DNA of 50,938 nt, taken from Eubacteriales bacterium. Its GTDB lineage: Bacteria; Bacillota; Clostridia; Oscillospirales; CAG-272. Position numbers and translations under genes: made by a program. The notes beneath the pieces were generated by a model that searched no databases, had not been told where the DNA came from, and saw only the letters and a program-made list of their open reading frames with translations. The stretch spans positions 1 to 50,938 of the forward strand of contig JAZQMI010000032.1 of the NCBI GenBank assembly GCA_045543375.1. Reading direction: 5' to 3'. Positions 41,805 to 50,584 of the stretch are shown piece by piece; position 1 is the first letter of the stretch; each line of letters begins with the position of its first letter.

Positions 41805-43601
41805 TTACGCCTTTTTCTTTTTCAGAACCAGCAAAACGACCACGCCTGCGATCACGACCACTGCCACAACGGCGATGATCACGATGATCGTGCCGTTGCC
41901 GTCGTCCGTCTTACCGGGGTTGGTAGGCTCAGAGGGCGTCGTAGGCTCGGAGGGCTGATCGGGCTCGGTAGGCTGATTGGGCTCATCGTCCACGGGAGGA
42001 TTCTCCATGAAGTTAGCGATAGCAGCCTCGGCAGCCTCAAGCTTGGCAAGCAGCTCGGCGTTGACGAACATCTTTGCGGCATCGCTCAGACCCTCGTAAG
42101 CCTTTCTTGCAGCCTGAACCTTCGGGTTCATCGAGATGTAGTTATCTGCCGTGATCTCGTTCAGCTTTTCAATTCTGGTGTCGACCTTGGCGGCGTCTGC
42201 CATTGCCTCTGCGTTCAGGATCGCCTGATCGGCGGACAGACGGAAGCTGTCGATGGTAACGCCCAGCGCTCTTTCGAGCTCGACGGCGCCGAACGACAGA
42301 CCAAGGTAGTCGATCTTGGAAATATCAAAATCAGCGGACTGCTTGATGGGCAGAATGATGGTATTCCACTCGCCGACCTTGATGTCCTCGCCCTGATTGA
42401 GGGCCTTGATATCGGCAAACGACCAGCTCATGCAAGCCTTGCCGTTCGAGCCAAGCTCAAGGGCGCTGTCGGTGATATCGAAGATGGACAGATCGGTCAC
42501 GTTCATCTGGAATCTCAGCGTATCCCAGCCTGTACCGTCCACAGCGTCAAACGTCCACTTGTTCTCGTTGGCTACGCCCGAGTTGATGACCAGGAACAGG
42601 CTGGCGTTACCGGCGATCTTGTCCTCGGTTTCAAGCTGGAAGTTGGTGCCTGCGGGAACGTCGTTACAGCCAAACAGGGCGATAGAGTCGGCGTCCTTGC
42701 GAGCCTCCTCCTGGTTAGCTCTGTCAGCATACAGCGCTGCTGCATCCTCTCTGTTCTCTACGAAGTAAAGGGGACGAGCGTAGTTGATGTCACGTGTATG
42801 GTAACCCTTATCGGAGGGATTGACGAAGGTCAGGCACTTCTGAATAGATGCCCCTGCATCGTCCTCGTTGTAATCACCGAAATCAATGCAGATATCAAGA
42901 CCCATGCTGTCGCCCGCCTCGGGAATGAAGGACAGGAACTTGGTAAAGGGCAGCTCGACCTCGTAAATGACGTGTGCACCCTCACGAGTGACCTTAGCAT
43001 TCAGATCGGTCTGATCGTTCTCGGCGTTGCCGTCGGCACTCTTGACCGAGTTGGGCAGCGGAGCGTACACATCATTACCATTCTTGTTCTGACCAAAGTT
43101 TCTCTGAATGGTTTCGTGCCTTTCATTGATGGCCAGACCCAAGTCGATATTATCGCCCGAATTGAAATCGTAAAGGCCAAACTGAACGCAGAATGCTCTC
43201 CACATGTACTGTGCGGTCAACGCAGGAACATCGGGATATTCCCAACCGAGAATATTGGTGTCAATGCACAGATACAGAGCGCTGTCCGTCCAGACGGCAT
43301 AACCGTACGCATAGTTTTCCGTAACCTCGATCAGGGCAAGGACGTCCTCACCGCCCGATTTATCACCCGTAAAGAACCAGTTAGCGTTGCTGTTAATATC
43401 GCCGGGATCATCGGTGCCGTCAGCTACGAACGAGAAAATAGGCGTGCCGTAAGCCTCGTCAACAGCACCATCGACGGTGATCGAGCCTGCCTCGACCTTT
43501 TCAACACCGTAGTAGTTGGGGCTGGTCAGCGTTGCCGAAGCAGAAACAGCCAACACGACGGCCAGTGCTGCGATGAGCAGCACCATCATCAGTTTTTTCA
43601 T
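41805..43601 (-). CDS. cell-surface protein: signal peptide, large beta-rich ectodomain (carbohydrate-binding-like), Pro-rich stalk, C-terminal TM anchor
   Basis: MKKLMMVLLIAALAVVLAVSASA signal peptide. The C-terminus has the stalk PPVDDEPNQPTEPDQPSEPTTPSEPTNPG, then IIVIIAVVAVVVIAGVVVLLVL and KKKKA. RBS GAGGAGG. Confidence 0.6.
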   Translation of the reverse strand: MKKLMMVLLIAALAVVLAVSASATLTSPNYYGVEKVEAGSITVDGAVDEAYGTPIFSFVADGTDDPGDINSNANWFFTGDKSGGEDVLALIEVTENYAYGYAVWTDSALYLCIDTNILGWEYPDVPALTAQYMWRAFCVQFGLYDFNSGDNIDLGLAINERHETIQRNFGQNKNGNDVYAPLPNSVKSADGNAENDQTDLNAKVTREGAHVIYEVELPFTKFLSFIPEAGDSMGLDICIDFGDYNEDDAGASIQKCLTFVNPSDKGYHTRDINYARPLYFVENREDAAALYADRANQEEARKDADSIALFGCNDVPAGTNFQLETEDKIAGNASLFLVINSGVANENKWTFDAVDGTGWDTLRFQMNVTDLSIFDITDSALELGSNGKACMSWSFADIKALNQGEDIKVGEWNTIILPIKQSADFDISKIDYLGLSFGAVELERALGVTIDSFRLSADQAILNAEAMADAAKVDTRIEKLNEITADNYISMNPKVQAARKAYEGLSDAAKMFVNAELLAKLEAAEAAIANFMENPPVDDEPNQPTEPDQPSEPTTPSEPTNPGKTDDGNGTIIVIIAVVAVVVIAGVVVLLVLKKKKA

Positions 43602-43868
43602 TGTTTTTCCTCCTCAATGAACGAAAAATAGATTTGGCAAGTTACACCGCCTCGGGACAACCGTGGAGCGTCTTGCCGCATAGGATACCCAGTATCACTA
43701 TGACTATTCTATCACATTTTTATTATTTTTGCAAGGATTTATTTACACTTTTTAAGATAAAGTACTCATAATCATAGGCTTGAACAAATTTTCAAAAGCA
43801 TCTTTGTGCACTTTCTACAAGCAAGGAACGCAAGGCGACAGAGCCACCGCACCGCGCATGCAAGAGAA

Positions 43869-43896
43869 ATGCCCCTTGCTATGCAGCAAGGGGCAT
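43869..43896 (-). terminator. terminator after the DUF3899 gene
   Basis: ATGCCCCTTGC tatgca GCAAGGGGCAT. The minus strand continues with TTCTCTTG. Confidence 0.6.
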
Positions 43897-43902
43897 CAAT
43901 CA

Positions 43903-44328
43903 TCAAAGCGGTCCGTTATAGAACTTGACGTACCATACGACCGTAAAGAGGATACCGACGAGTAAAAAGATCAATCCTGTGAAAAGGATGCAATGGTCGC
44001 CGGACTTTTTTATCTCGCTGAGCTTGCGCTCGCGGTACTTGGCATAGACCTCATGGCGCTTTCTGCCCATCGGCACGAACGTCAGCACGACGTTACGGAG
44101 CAAGAAGGTGATCCCAATCAGAGCACCCTCACCGCTGATGAACATCATACCCGCAAACAGCGTCAGCATAAGTCCCGAAACGGTAAATCCGTCTGCTAAA
44201 ACCTGAATGTTTACCGCAAGGCTGTGACCGAAAAAGTCCTTGATCCAGAACACAATCAATGCGATCAGGGATGCAATACCAAAACAAACGATATATTTTA
44301 TCAGCAACGCCTTGTTTTCTTGTTTCAC
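43903..44328 (-). CDS. DUF3899-like small membrane protein
   Basis: 141 aa, 4 TM segments, with a basic loop RKRHEVYAKYRERKLSEIKK between TM pairs, as in DUF3899 proteins from memory. GTG start. Confidence 0.5.
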   Translation of the reverse strand: MKQENKALLIKYIVCFGIASLIALIVFWIKDFFGHSLAVNIQVLADGFTVSGLMLTLFAGMMFISGEGALIGITFLLRNVVLTFVPMGRKRHEVYAKYRERKLSEIKKSGDHCILFTGLIFLLVGILFTVVWYVKFYNGPL

Positions 44329-44351
44329 TTTGGTTTTAACCTTCCGTTTCG

Positions 44352-45545
44352 TTATTTGATCATCTGCTTGTACTTGACCTCTTCCGCGTCGTTACAGTAG
44401 ACGAAGTGACCGGGCGCGATCTCACGGAAGGAGGGCTTGTCGGTCGAATAATCGTGCTCTGCGAGCGGATTGTAGTGAATTCTACTACGCTGCTTTTCGT
44501 ACACGGGGTCGGGCAGCGGAATAGCCGACAGAAGCGATCTCGTGTAGGGATGCAGAGGATTCTTGAACAGCTCATCCGAGTCGGCCAGCTCAACCATCTT
44601 ACCAAAGTACATAACGCCGATTCTATCCGAGAAATACTTGACGACGGACAAATCGTGCGCGATGAACATGATAGTAAGACCCATGCTCTCGCGGAGGTCG
44701 TTAAGCAGATTGATGACCTGCGCCTGAATGGACACGTCGAGTGCCGAGATGGGCTCGTCGGCAATGATCATTTCAGGCTGCATGACGACGGCTCTTGCGA
44801 TACCGATACGCTGACGCTGACCGCCCGAGAACTCGTGCGGATAGCGGTCTGCGTGTTCGCGGACAAGGCCGACCGTTTCAAGGATCTCGTAAACCTTTTC
44901 GTTGATATAATCCTTATCGGTAATACCGTTGATGACCAGGCCCTCGGCGATGATCTCGCGAACCGTCATACGGGGGTCAAGCGACGCGATGGGATCCTGG
45001 AAGATCATCTGGATCCGGGTGATCAGCTTGCTCTTCTTGGCTGCGCGGGCTCTCATGTGGAATTCCTTTTTGAGTGCCCTGAGCTTTTCATCGTCGCCCT
45101 CGGCATCCGCCAATTTCTGTGCATATTCCGTCTTAAGCGCTTCAAGCTGAGAAGCGGCGTACTGCTTATCAACCGCACGGTTGTCGGACTTGGCGTCGTG
45201 GATCAATACTCTGTTCTTGGCAATGATCTCATCGCACTCCTGCTTGGTGATCTTGCCTTCTTTGAGATCCTTTTTGGCCTGCTTGATAGCATCCTTATAG
45301 GAACGGACGCCGGCACCAATTCTCTGACCCTTAAAGTATACGTTACCCGAGGTAATGTTATACAGCTTGATGATCGAGCGACCGGTCGTCGTCTTACCGC
45401 AGCCGGACTCGCCGACCAGACCAAAGGCCTCGCCGCGCTTGACCTCAAAGCTGACGTCATCAACGGCCTTCATATCCTTGCGACCCAAACGGAAGTACTG
45501 GCAAAGATGCTCCACTTTCAACAATACTTCATTATTGTTCTCCAT
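44352..45545 (-). CDS. oppF: oligopeptide/dipeptide ABC ATP-binding protein, OppF-like, with an insertion of about 95 aa
   Basis: Walker A GESGCGKTT, IQMIFQDP, LSGGQRQR-like FSGGQRQR, Walker B IIADEPISALD, and a C-terminal oligopeptide-type extension. A Lys/Glu/Ala-rich insert lies between the Walker A region and the Q-loop (nt about 45030-45308). Confidence 0.85.
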   Translation of the reverse strand: MENNNEVLLKVEHLCQYFRLGRKDMKAVDDVSFEVKRGEAFGLVGESGCGKTTTGRSIIKLYNITSGNVYFKGQRIGAGVRSYKDAIKQAKKDLKEGKITKQECDEIIAKNRVLIHDAKSDNRAVDKQYAASQLEALKTEYAQKLADAEGDDEKLRALKKEFHMRARAAKKSKLITRIQMIFQDPIASLDPRMTVREIIAEGLVINGITDKDYINEKVYEILETVGLVREHADRYPHEFSGGQRQRIGIARAVVMQPEMIIADEPISALDVSIQAQVINLLNDLRESMGLTIMFIAHDLSVVKYFSDRIGVMYFGKMVELADSDELFKNPLHPYTRSLLSAIPLPDPVYEKQRSRIHYNPLAEHDYSTDKPSFREIAPGHFVYCNDAEEVKYKQMIK

Positions 45546-47715
45546 GGTTTTCTCCCCTTTCCTTCATTCGTTTGATACGCTCGGTAATGATCTTGGGAAT
45601 CTCCACCTTGGGAGCGTTCGGGTGAAGCAGCCAGGTTGCCGCATAGTGCGTGGGCGACACCTCGTACATGGGCGGCTGCATCTCATAGTCGATCTCCATG
45701 GCGTACTTATTTCTCTCGGCAAACGCGTCACCAACAGGAGGATAGATCATGTTGGGAGGCGTACCGGGAATGGCATCCAACTTTTCATTGGTATCAAGGT
45801 CAGGCATCGAGGAAAGCAGTGCCCAGGTGTAGGGATGCTGCGGGTTGTAGAACACCTCGTTTGCCGTACCGTACTCTACGATCTTACCGGCATACATGAC
45901 CGCAATTCTGTCTGCCATGTTCGCAACGACGCCAAGGTCGTGCGTGATGAAGATGATGGACAGATTACGCTCGCGCTTGAGCTTGTTGATCAGCTCAAGG
46001 ATCTGCGCCTGAATGGTCACGTCGAGTGCCGTCGTAGGCTCGTCACAGATCAGAATGTCGGGGTTGGCCGACAGCGCAATGGCGATAACGATACGCTGAC
46101 GCATACCGCCCGAAAATTCGAACGGATACTGTCTGTAACGCATTCTCGCCTCGGGGATACCAACCTCTTCCATGAGCTTGATGGCCTTTTCCTTGGCAAT
46201 ACGCTTGGTCAGCGTATAAACGACCTGCGAAGCCTTTTCCTTGAGGAAATCGATGATCTCAAGGCAACGCTTATCCAGATCAACGCTATCTGCGTTCTCA
46301 ATGTCGGACTCGAACTTGCCAAGGACGCGCGTAAGAACCGAAACAATGGTTTCAATCTGCACCTCGGGCTCGATCACCGACTTGGGCACGACCGTCCACT
46401 CTACCGTCTTGCCTCTGGCAAGCAGAGCCTCTCTCTTGGCCGTCTGACGGGCAAAGCGAGCCTCTTCCTTGGGATTGTTCTTGATATAGAAGAAGTACTT
46501 TTCCACTTCTCTTTCAAGAGCTCCGCCAAAGGTATAAGCAACGTTATCCTTGATAACGGCAAGCGGATCGATTGCCGCACGAACACTCTTGTTCAGGCTC
46601 TTGCAAAGAGCGCCTGCCTCGTTTTCAGCGAAGTTACCTGCTCTGAACCATGCGATGGCATTCCGCAGAGCTTCGATCGCCTTGATTTTGTTTTCCAGCG
46701 TTTTGCGGAACGAATACTCGATCGCAATCTTTTCCATTGCGATGAAGGACGCCATAAAGTCCTCATCCAGGAATTTGACCGCCATCTCGTTTGCTTCCTC
46801 GGGCGACATTCCACTCAGATCGGCCGTGGGATTCTTGTACACATAGTAACCGATGCGGAAGAAGTTGTACGGCGTGCGGGCAAGCATATCCTGCGCCGTT
46901 TCTTGAATAGCCTCCAGTACCGCGATCACTTGCGCGGGCACTTCTCCCTTGCGAGCTACACTCTTGGCGTCCTTCAAAGCATCGGCGTGTGCCTTCAAGG
47001 CATCTGCGTAGCCGTTGGTAAAATACTTATCGTCGATATCATTGAGCTTGTGTGCCACCAGCTTGATGGTTGCGGCAGCATCGACCTTTTGCTTCTTTTC
47101 CACAAGGAACAAGAAGTCCTTAATGATCGCGATCATTTCTTCAGCAGCAGCGCGAGCGTCGTTGTAGCTGTTCTCCAGCTTGATTGCCCGAATGTTGAAG
47201 CTATCAAACGTCTTGATATAGCGATCAACATCCGCCGCCGTTGCAGTTGCGTTTGCCTGTTCAGCAAGCGCCTTCTTCATCGTTTCGGACAAGGTCAGCA
47301 GCGTTTTGTTGAAGGTCGTGCGACCCTCCTTGCGGTTTGCCTTGTTCTTGAGCAGCATAGCCTCGGTGATCTGTCTGCCGATACGCATGATGGGGTTAAG
47401 CGAGGAAAGCGGACCCTGGAAGATCATGGCGATCTTGTCACCGCGAAGCTTATGCATCTCCTCCTCGGGAATACGGACAAGGTCCTGACCGTCGTACAAA
47501 ATCTCGCCGCCCTCGTAAATGGCGTTGACGGCCGAAATACCCATGATGGCCTTAGAGGTGACCGACTTACCCGAACCCGACTCACCGACGATAGCCAGCG
47601 TTTCGCCCTTGTAAAGGTCAAAGGAGATATCACGAACGGCCTGCACCTTACCGGCGTCGGTACGGAAGGAGACCTTCAGATTATTAACGGATAATTTAAT
47701 TTCTTTATTACTCAT
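45532..47715 (-). CDS. oppD: oligopeptide/dipeptide ABC ATP-binding protein, OppD-like, with an insertion of about 375 aa
   Basis: Walker A GESGSGKS, Q-loop IAMIFQGP, then about 375 aa of helical-looking sequence before ...KLMEEVGIPEARMRYRQYPFEFSGGMRQR, Walker B LICDEPTTALD and H-loop ITHDL. 727 aa in total. Confidence 0.85.
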   Translation of the reverse strand: MSNKEIKLSVNNLKVSFRTDAGKVQAVRDISFDLYKGETLAIVGESGSGKSVTSKAIMGISAVNAIYEGGEILYDGQDLVRIPEEEMHKLRGDKIAMIFQGPLSSLNPIMRIGRQITEAMLLKNKANRKEGRTTFNKTLLTLSETMKKALAEQANATATAADVDRYIKTFDSFNIRAIKLENSYNDARAAAEEMIAIIKDFLFLVEKKQKVDAAATIKLVAHKLNDIDDKYFTNGYADALKAHADALKDAKSVARKGEVPAQVIAVLEAIQETAQDMLARTPYNFFRIGYYVYKNPTADLSGMSPEEANEMAVKFLDEDFMASFIAMEKIAIEYSFRKTLENKIKAIEALRNAIAWFRAGNFAENEAGALCKSLNKSVRAAIDPLAVIKDNVAYTFGGALEREVEKYFFYIKNNPKEEARFARQTAKREALLARGKTVEWTVVPKSVIEPEVQIETIVSVLTRVLGKFESDIENADSVDLDKRCLEIIDFLKEKASQVVYTLTKRIAKEKAIKLMEEVGIPEARMRYRQYPFEFSGGMRQRIVIAIALSANPDILICDEPTTALDVTIQAQILELINKLKRERNLSIIFITHDLGVVANMADRIAVMYAGKIVEYGTANEVFYNPQHPYTWALLSSMPDLDTNEKLDAIPGTPPNMIYPPVGDAFAERNKYAMEIDYEMQPPMYEVSPTHYAATWLLHPNAPKVEIPKIITERIKRMKERGENHGEQ

Positions 47716-47717
47716 AC

Positions 47718-49304
47718 TTAATCCTCCGCACCTCTGAGCGACGGGTTGAACGCATCGCGCAATCCGTTACCGAACAAGTTGAAGCTGAGCATCAGAAGAA
47801 CCAGGAACAGACACGGGAACAGTGCCACGTAGCCGGCGTTTGCCATGATGGACTTCTGTCCTGCGGCGATCAGCGTACCGACGCTGGTCGTGTTACCCGC
47901 CTCCAGGTTGATGATACCCAGATAAGACAAGCTGGTCTCCGAATAGATCATCGCGGGAATGACCAGAGCAACGCTGGTAACAATGGTACCAAGACCGTTG
48001 GGGAAGATGTGCTTGAACATGATTCTCGTGTCGCTTGCACCCAGCGTTCTTGCAGCCAGGACGTACTCCTGGTTCTTGAAACGGTAGAACTGCATACGCG
48101 TTGTGTGCGCCATACCGATCCAACCCGTTGCAAAGAATGCAATGAATAGGACGAGCGCCTGGCTGGACGTACCCATATGATACTTGAGCAGCGTAATAAC
48201 GATCATGGTGGGAACGGAGCCGAGAATCTCGGCAATTCTCTCCATGGTCAGGTCAATCTTACCGCCGAAGTAACCCGAGATCGAACCCCAGATCACACCA
48301 ACGATAAAGTTGGCAGCGGCGACGATGGTCGCGAAGATAAACGAGAATCTTGCGCCGTAGGCAAGGCAGGCAAAAATGTCCTTACCCGTCGAGGTCGTAC
48401 CGAACCAGAAGGTGGGCTCAGTGATGCCGTCCTTCTTGACCTGCGTGTGCTCGTAGATATAGTACTCGTAGTACTCAACTCTGACCTCGATACCGCCGTC
48501 GACCTTACGGCCGTAAGCGTAGTAGTACTGCTTGCCGTTCTCCTCGATGCCGTCCTCGCCCTCAATGCGCAGCGAGTTGTACTCCGCCATCAGGCCCGAG
48601 GCAAGACCGGCCTCGTACTTCCAGTAGTTGGGAATGACGTTGCCGTTTTCGTCCAGCTTGGGCGTGATGACAGCCGCCTTGGGGTTTTCCATCTTGTAGT
48701 AGATATTGGCGTCGTACTTGTTCTTCTCCATCGTGGGTCTGTCAGCAAGCTTGACGATGGGGTAAAGCACCTGTCTGCCCGTTTCGAGCTGATATTGCTG
48801 AATAGCATCAAACTTTTCCTGCGAGATGATCTTGTACTTACCAAAGCCTACGCCGTAGTAAGTATCATAGCGGTAGGAATAGTTGGAGCCATCCTCACTG
48901 ACGGTGTACTCGCCGTCGCGAATGACGTCCCTGCCCGTTTCCTGCACAAGAGCCAGATCCTTCAGATATCCCACTCTGTTGGTATCCTTCTGCTTACCGC
49001 CGTCCCAGAAATTCAGACCGCTGTTGGCAAACAGATTGGACTTGGGCGTCACGTGCGCGTAGGTCTGATCGTAGTATACCGGCGCGAAGGGCGTGAAGAA
49101 AGGTGCAATGATCGCAAAAAGGATCAAAAACAGCACCACGATACCGCCCACGACGGCACCCTTGTTTTTGCAGAAGCGACGGAAGGCACCCTGGAAATAG
49201 CTGACAGGCTTGGTGTCAAACTTTTTGTCGTGCGCCAGATCGTTTCTGGTCGCAAATTGAAACTTCTCAACGGGGATGTTATCATATTTATTTACGTTCG
49301 TCAT
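47718..49304 (-). CDS. oppC: OppC-like ABC permease with an extracytoplasmic loop of about 230 aa after TM1
   Basis: TM1 VVGGIVVLFLILFAIIAPFF, then a long hydrophilic Tyr/Glu/Lys-rich segment (aa 72-300), then the conserved GTTSTGKDIF and the BPD_transp_1 core (..ARTLGASDTRIMFKHIFPN..). Confidence 0.85.
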   Translation of the reverse strand: MTNVNKYDNIPVEKFQFATRNDLAHDKKFDTKPVSYFQGAFRRFCKNKGAVVGGIVVLFLILFAIIAPFFTPFAPVYYDQTYAHVTPKSNLFANSGLNFWDGGKQKDTNRVGYLKDLALVQETGRDVIRDGEYTVSEDGSNYSYRYDTYYGVGFGKYKIISQEKFDAIQQYQLETGRQVLYPIVKLADRPTMEKNKYDANIYYKMENPKAAVITPKLDENGNVIPNYWKYEAGLASGLMAEYNSLRIEGEDGIEENGKQYYYAYGRKVDGGIEVRVEYYEYYIYEHTQVKKDGITEPTFWFGTTSTGKDIFACLAYGARFSFIFATIVAAANFIVGVIWGSISGYFGGKIDLTMERIAEILGSVPTMIVITLLKYHMGTSSQALVLFIAFFATGWIGMAHTTRMQFYRFKNQEYVLAARTLGASDTRIMFKHIFPNGLGTIVTSVALVIPAMIYSETSLSYLGIINLEAGNTTSVGTLIAAGQKSIMANAGYVALFPCLFLVLLMLSFNLFGNGLRDAFNPSLRGAED

Positions 49305-49306
49305 GA

Positions 49307-50314
49307 TTACTTCGCCCCCATTCTGATTCTCGGATCAATGAAACCGTAGCTGATGTCGATGACGATGGCTGCCGTCAGGCTGACCAGCGTGTAGAAGCCG
49401 GAGAGCAGCATGAAAAAGTCGTAGTCCTGGAAGGTGATCGAGTTCAGGTACAGACCGCCCACGCCGTTGATCGCAAACATTCTCTCGATGATGAGCGAAC
49501 CCGAAAGAACCGAAATGAACTCACTCAGGATCGAGGGGAAGATAACGACCATGGAGTTACGCATGGCGTGGCGATAGATGGCCTGACGCTTGGTCAGACC
49601 CTTGGTTCTTGCCAGCAGCATGAACTCACCCGTCAGCACCTCGGAAAGCTCGGCACGCGTGTAACGCGCGTATCCCGCGATCGAGCCCAGACACAGCGCA
49701 AACACGGCGGGAATCATCGAGTGGAAGACCTCCCAGGTGAAATAATCGTTGCTCGTTGACATGGTCAGCGGGAACCAGCCAAGCTTAAAGCAGAACACGT
49801 ACTGCAGCATGAGTGCCAGCACGATGGAGGGCACCGAGATCAACAGCATGATAAAGACGTTGATGACCTGGTCCTGCCACTTGTTCTTTTTCAGTGCAGC
49901 CAGAATACCCAGACCAAGTCCGATCGGAACGCCGATCAGGGTCGAGTAGATATTGATAAGAATGGTGGGCGGCAGGTGATCGGTGAACACCTTCCACAAA
50001 TTCATATTCAGATATTCGCCGTAGGTGGTGCCGATACCGAAGTCGCCCTGCGTCACGATCCTCTTGATATAGTTTCCGTACTGGAGCAGGATCGGAACTC
50101 TGTCGTAGGACCAGACACCGTTCTCACCCTCTTTGATGTTGGTGATCCAGCCTCGTCCCTCCAACGTTCTCATGACGATCTCGGGATCCTGACCCGGAAG
50201 CGCATTGGTGGGAATGGGCAGCAGCTTGATCAGCACGAAGCACATCGTAAAAATGATGAAGAACGTGAGCAGCATGAGCCCCAAACGCTTGGTCACATAT
50301 TTAAACATATACAT
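49307..50314 (-). CDS. oppB: OppB-like ABC permease
   Basis: The N-terminus MFKYVTKRLGLMLLTFFIIFTMCFVLIKLLP is typical of OppB/DppB. Contains ..LLARTKGLTKRQAIYRHAMRNS.. (EAA loop). Confidence 0.9.
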   Translation of the reverse strand: MYMFKYVTKRLGLMLLTFFIIFTMCFVLIKLLPIPTNALPGQDPEIVMRTLEGRGWITNIKEGENGVWSYDRVPILLQYGNYIKRIVTQGDFGIGTTYGEYLNMNLWKVFTDHLPPTILINIYSTLIGVPIGLGLGILAALKKNKWQDQVINVFIMLLISVPSIVLALMLQYVFCFKLGWFPLTMSTSNDYFTWEVFHSMIPAVFALCLGSIAGYARYTRAELSEVLTGEFMLLARTKGLTKRQAIYRHAMRNSMVVIFPSILSEFISVLSGSLIIERMFAINGVGGLYLNSITFQDYDFFMLLSGFYTLVSLTAAIVIDISYGFIDPRIRMGAK

Positions 50315-50376
50315 AGGCTTTACTCCTCTGTTATTGTTATTTTCAACGTTAAGTAAGATCCAAAATAACGGTCCAC

Positions 50377-50432
50377 TTCAGCGCAGCCTGAATAGGCTCA
50401 AGCGTATCAGCCTATTCAGGCTAAGCGCTGAA
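50377..50432. repeat. large imperfect inverted repeat (22-bp arms, 2-nt bulge, 10-nt loop) in the oppA-oppB spacer
   Basis: TTCAGCGCAGCCTGAATAGGCT caagcgtatc AGCCTATTCAGGCTAAGCGCTGAA. Confidence 0.8.
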
Positions 50433-50511
50433 ACTCGCAGCAAATTGCGCACTCTGCGTCGTGCGCGGATAAAACAGCTTGGCTTTCGGGGTCTTAAAAA
50501 ATGCAAATTCA

Positions 50512-50543
50512 GCGTTGGGCGGAAGAAATCTTCCGCCCAACGC
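50512..50543 (-). terminator. hairpin downstream of oppA (intra-operon attenuator/terminator candidate)
   Basis: GCGTTGGGCGGAAG aaat CTTCCGCCCAACGC, a 14-bp perfect stem. The T-run on the minus strand is weak and displaced. Confidence 0.55.
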
Positions 50544-50584
50544 CTTATTTAGCGATTAGAAAATCTCAGCTAATTGCTTTGAAA

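Noticed and set aside
41784-43631. 615-aa plus-strand ORF antisense to the surface protein gene
   Set aside because: The minus-strand frame has a signal peptide, an RBS (GAGGAGG), a proline stalk and a TM anchor. The plus-strand frame has none of these and no RBS.
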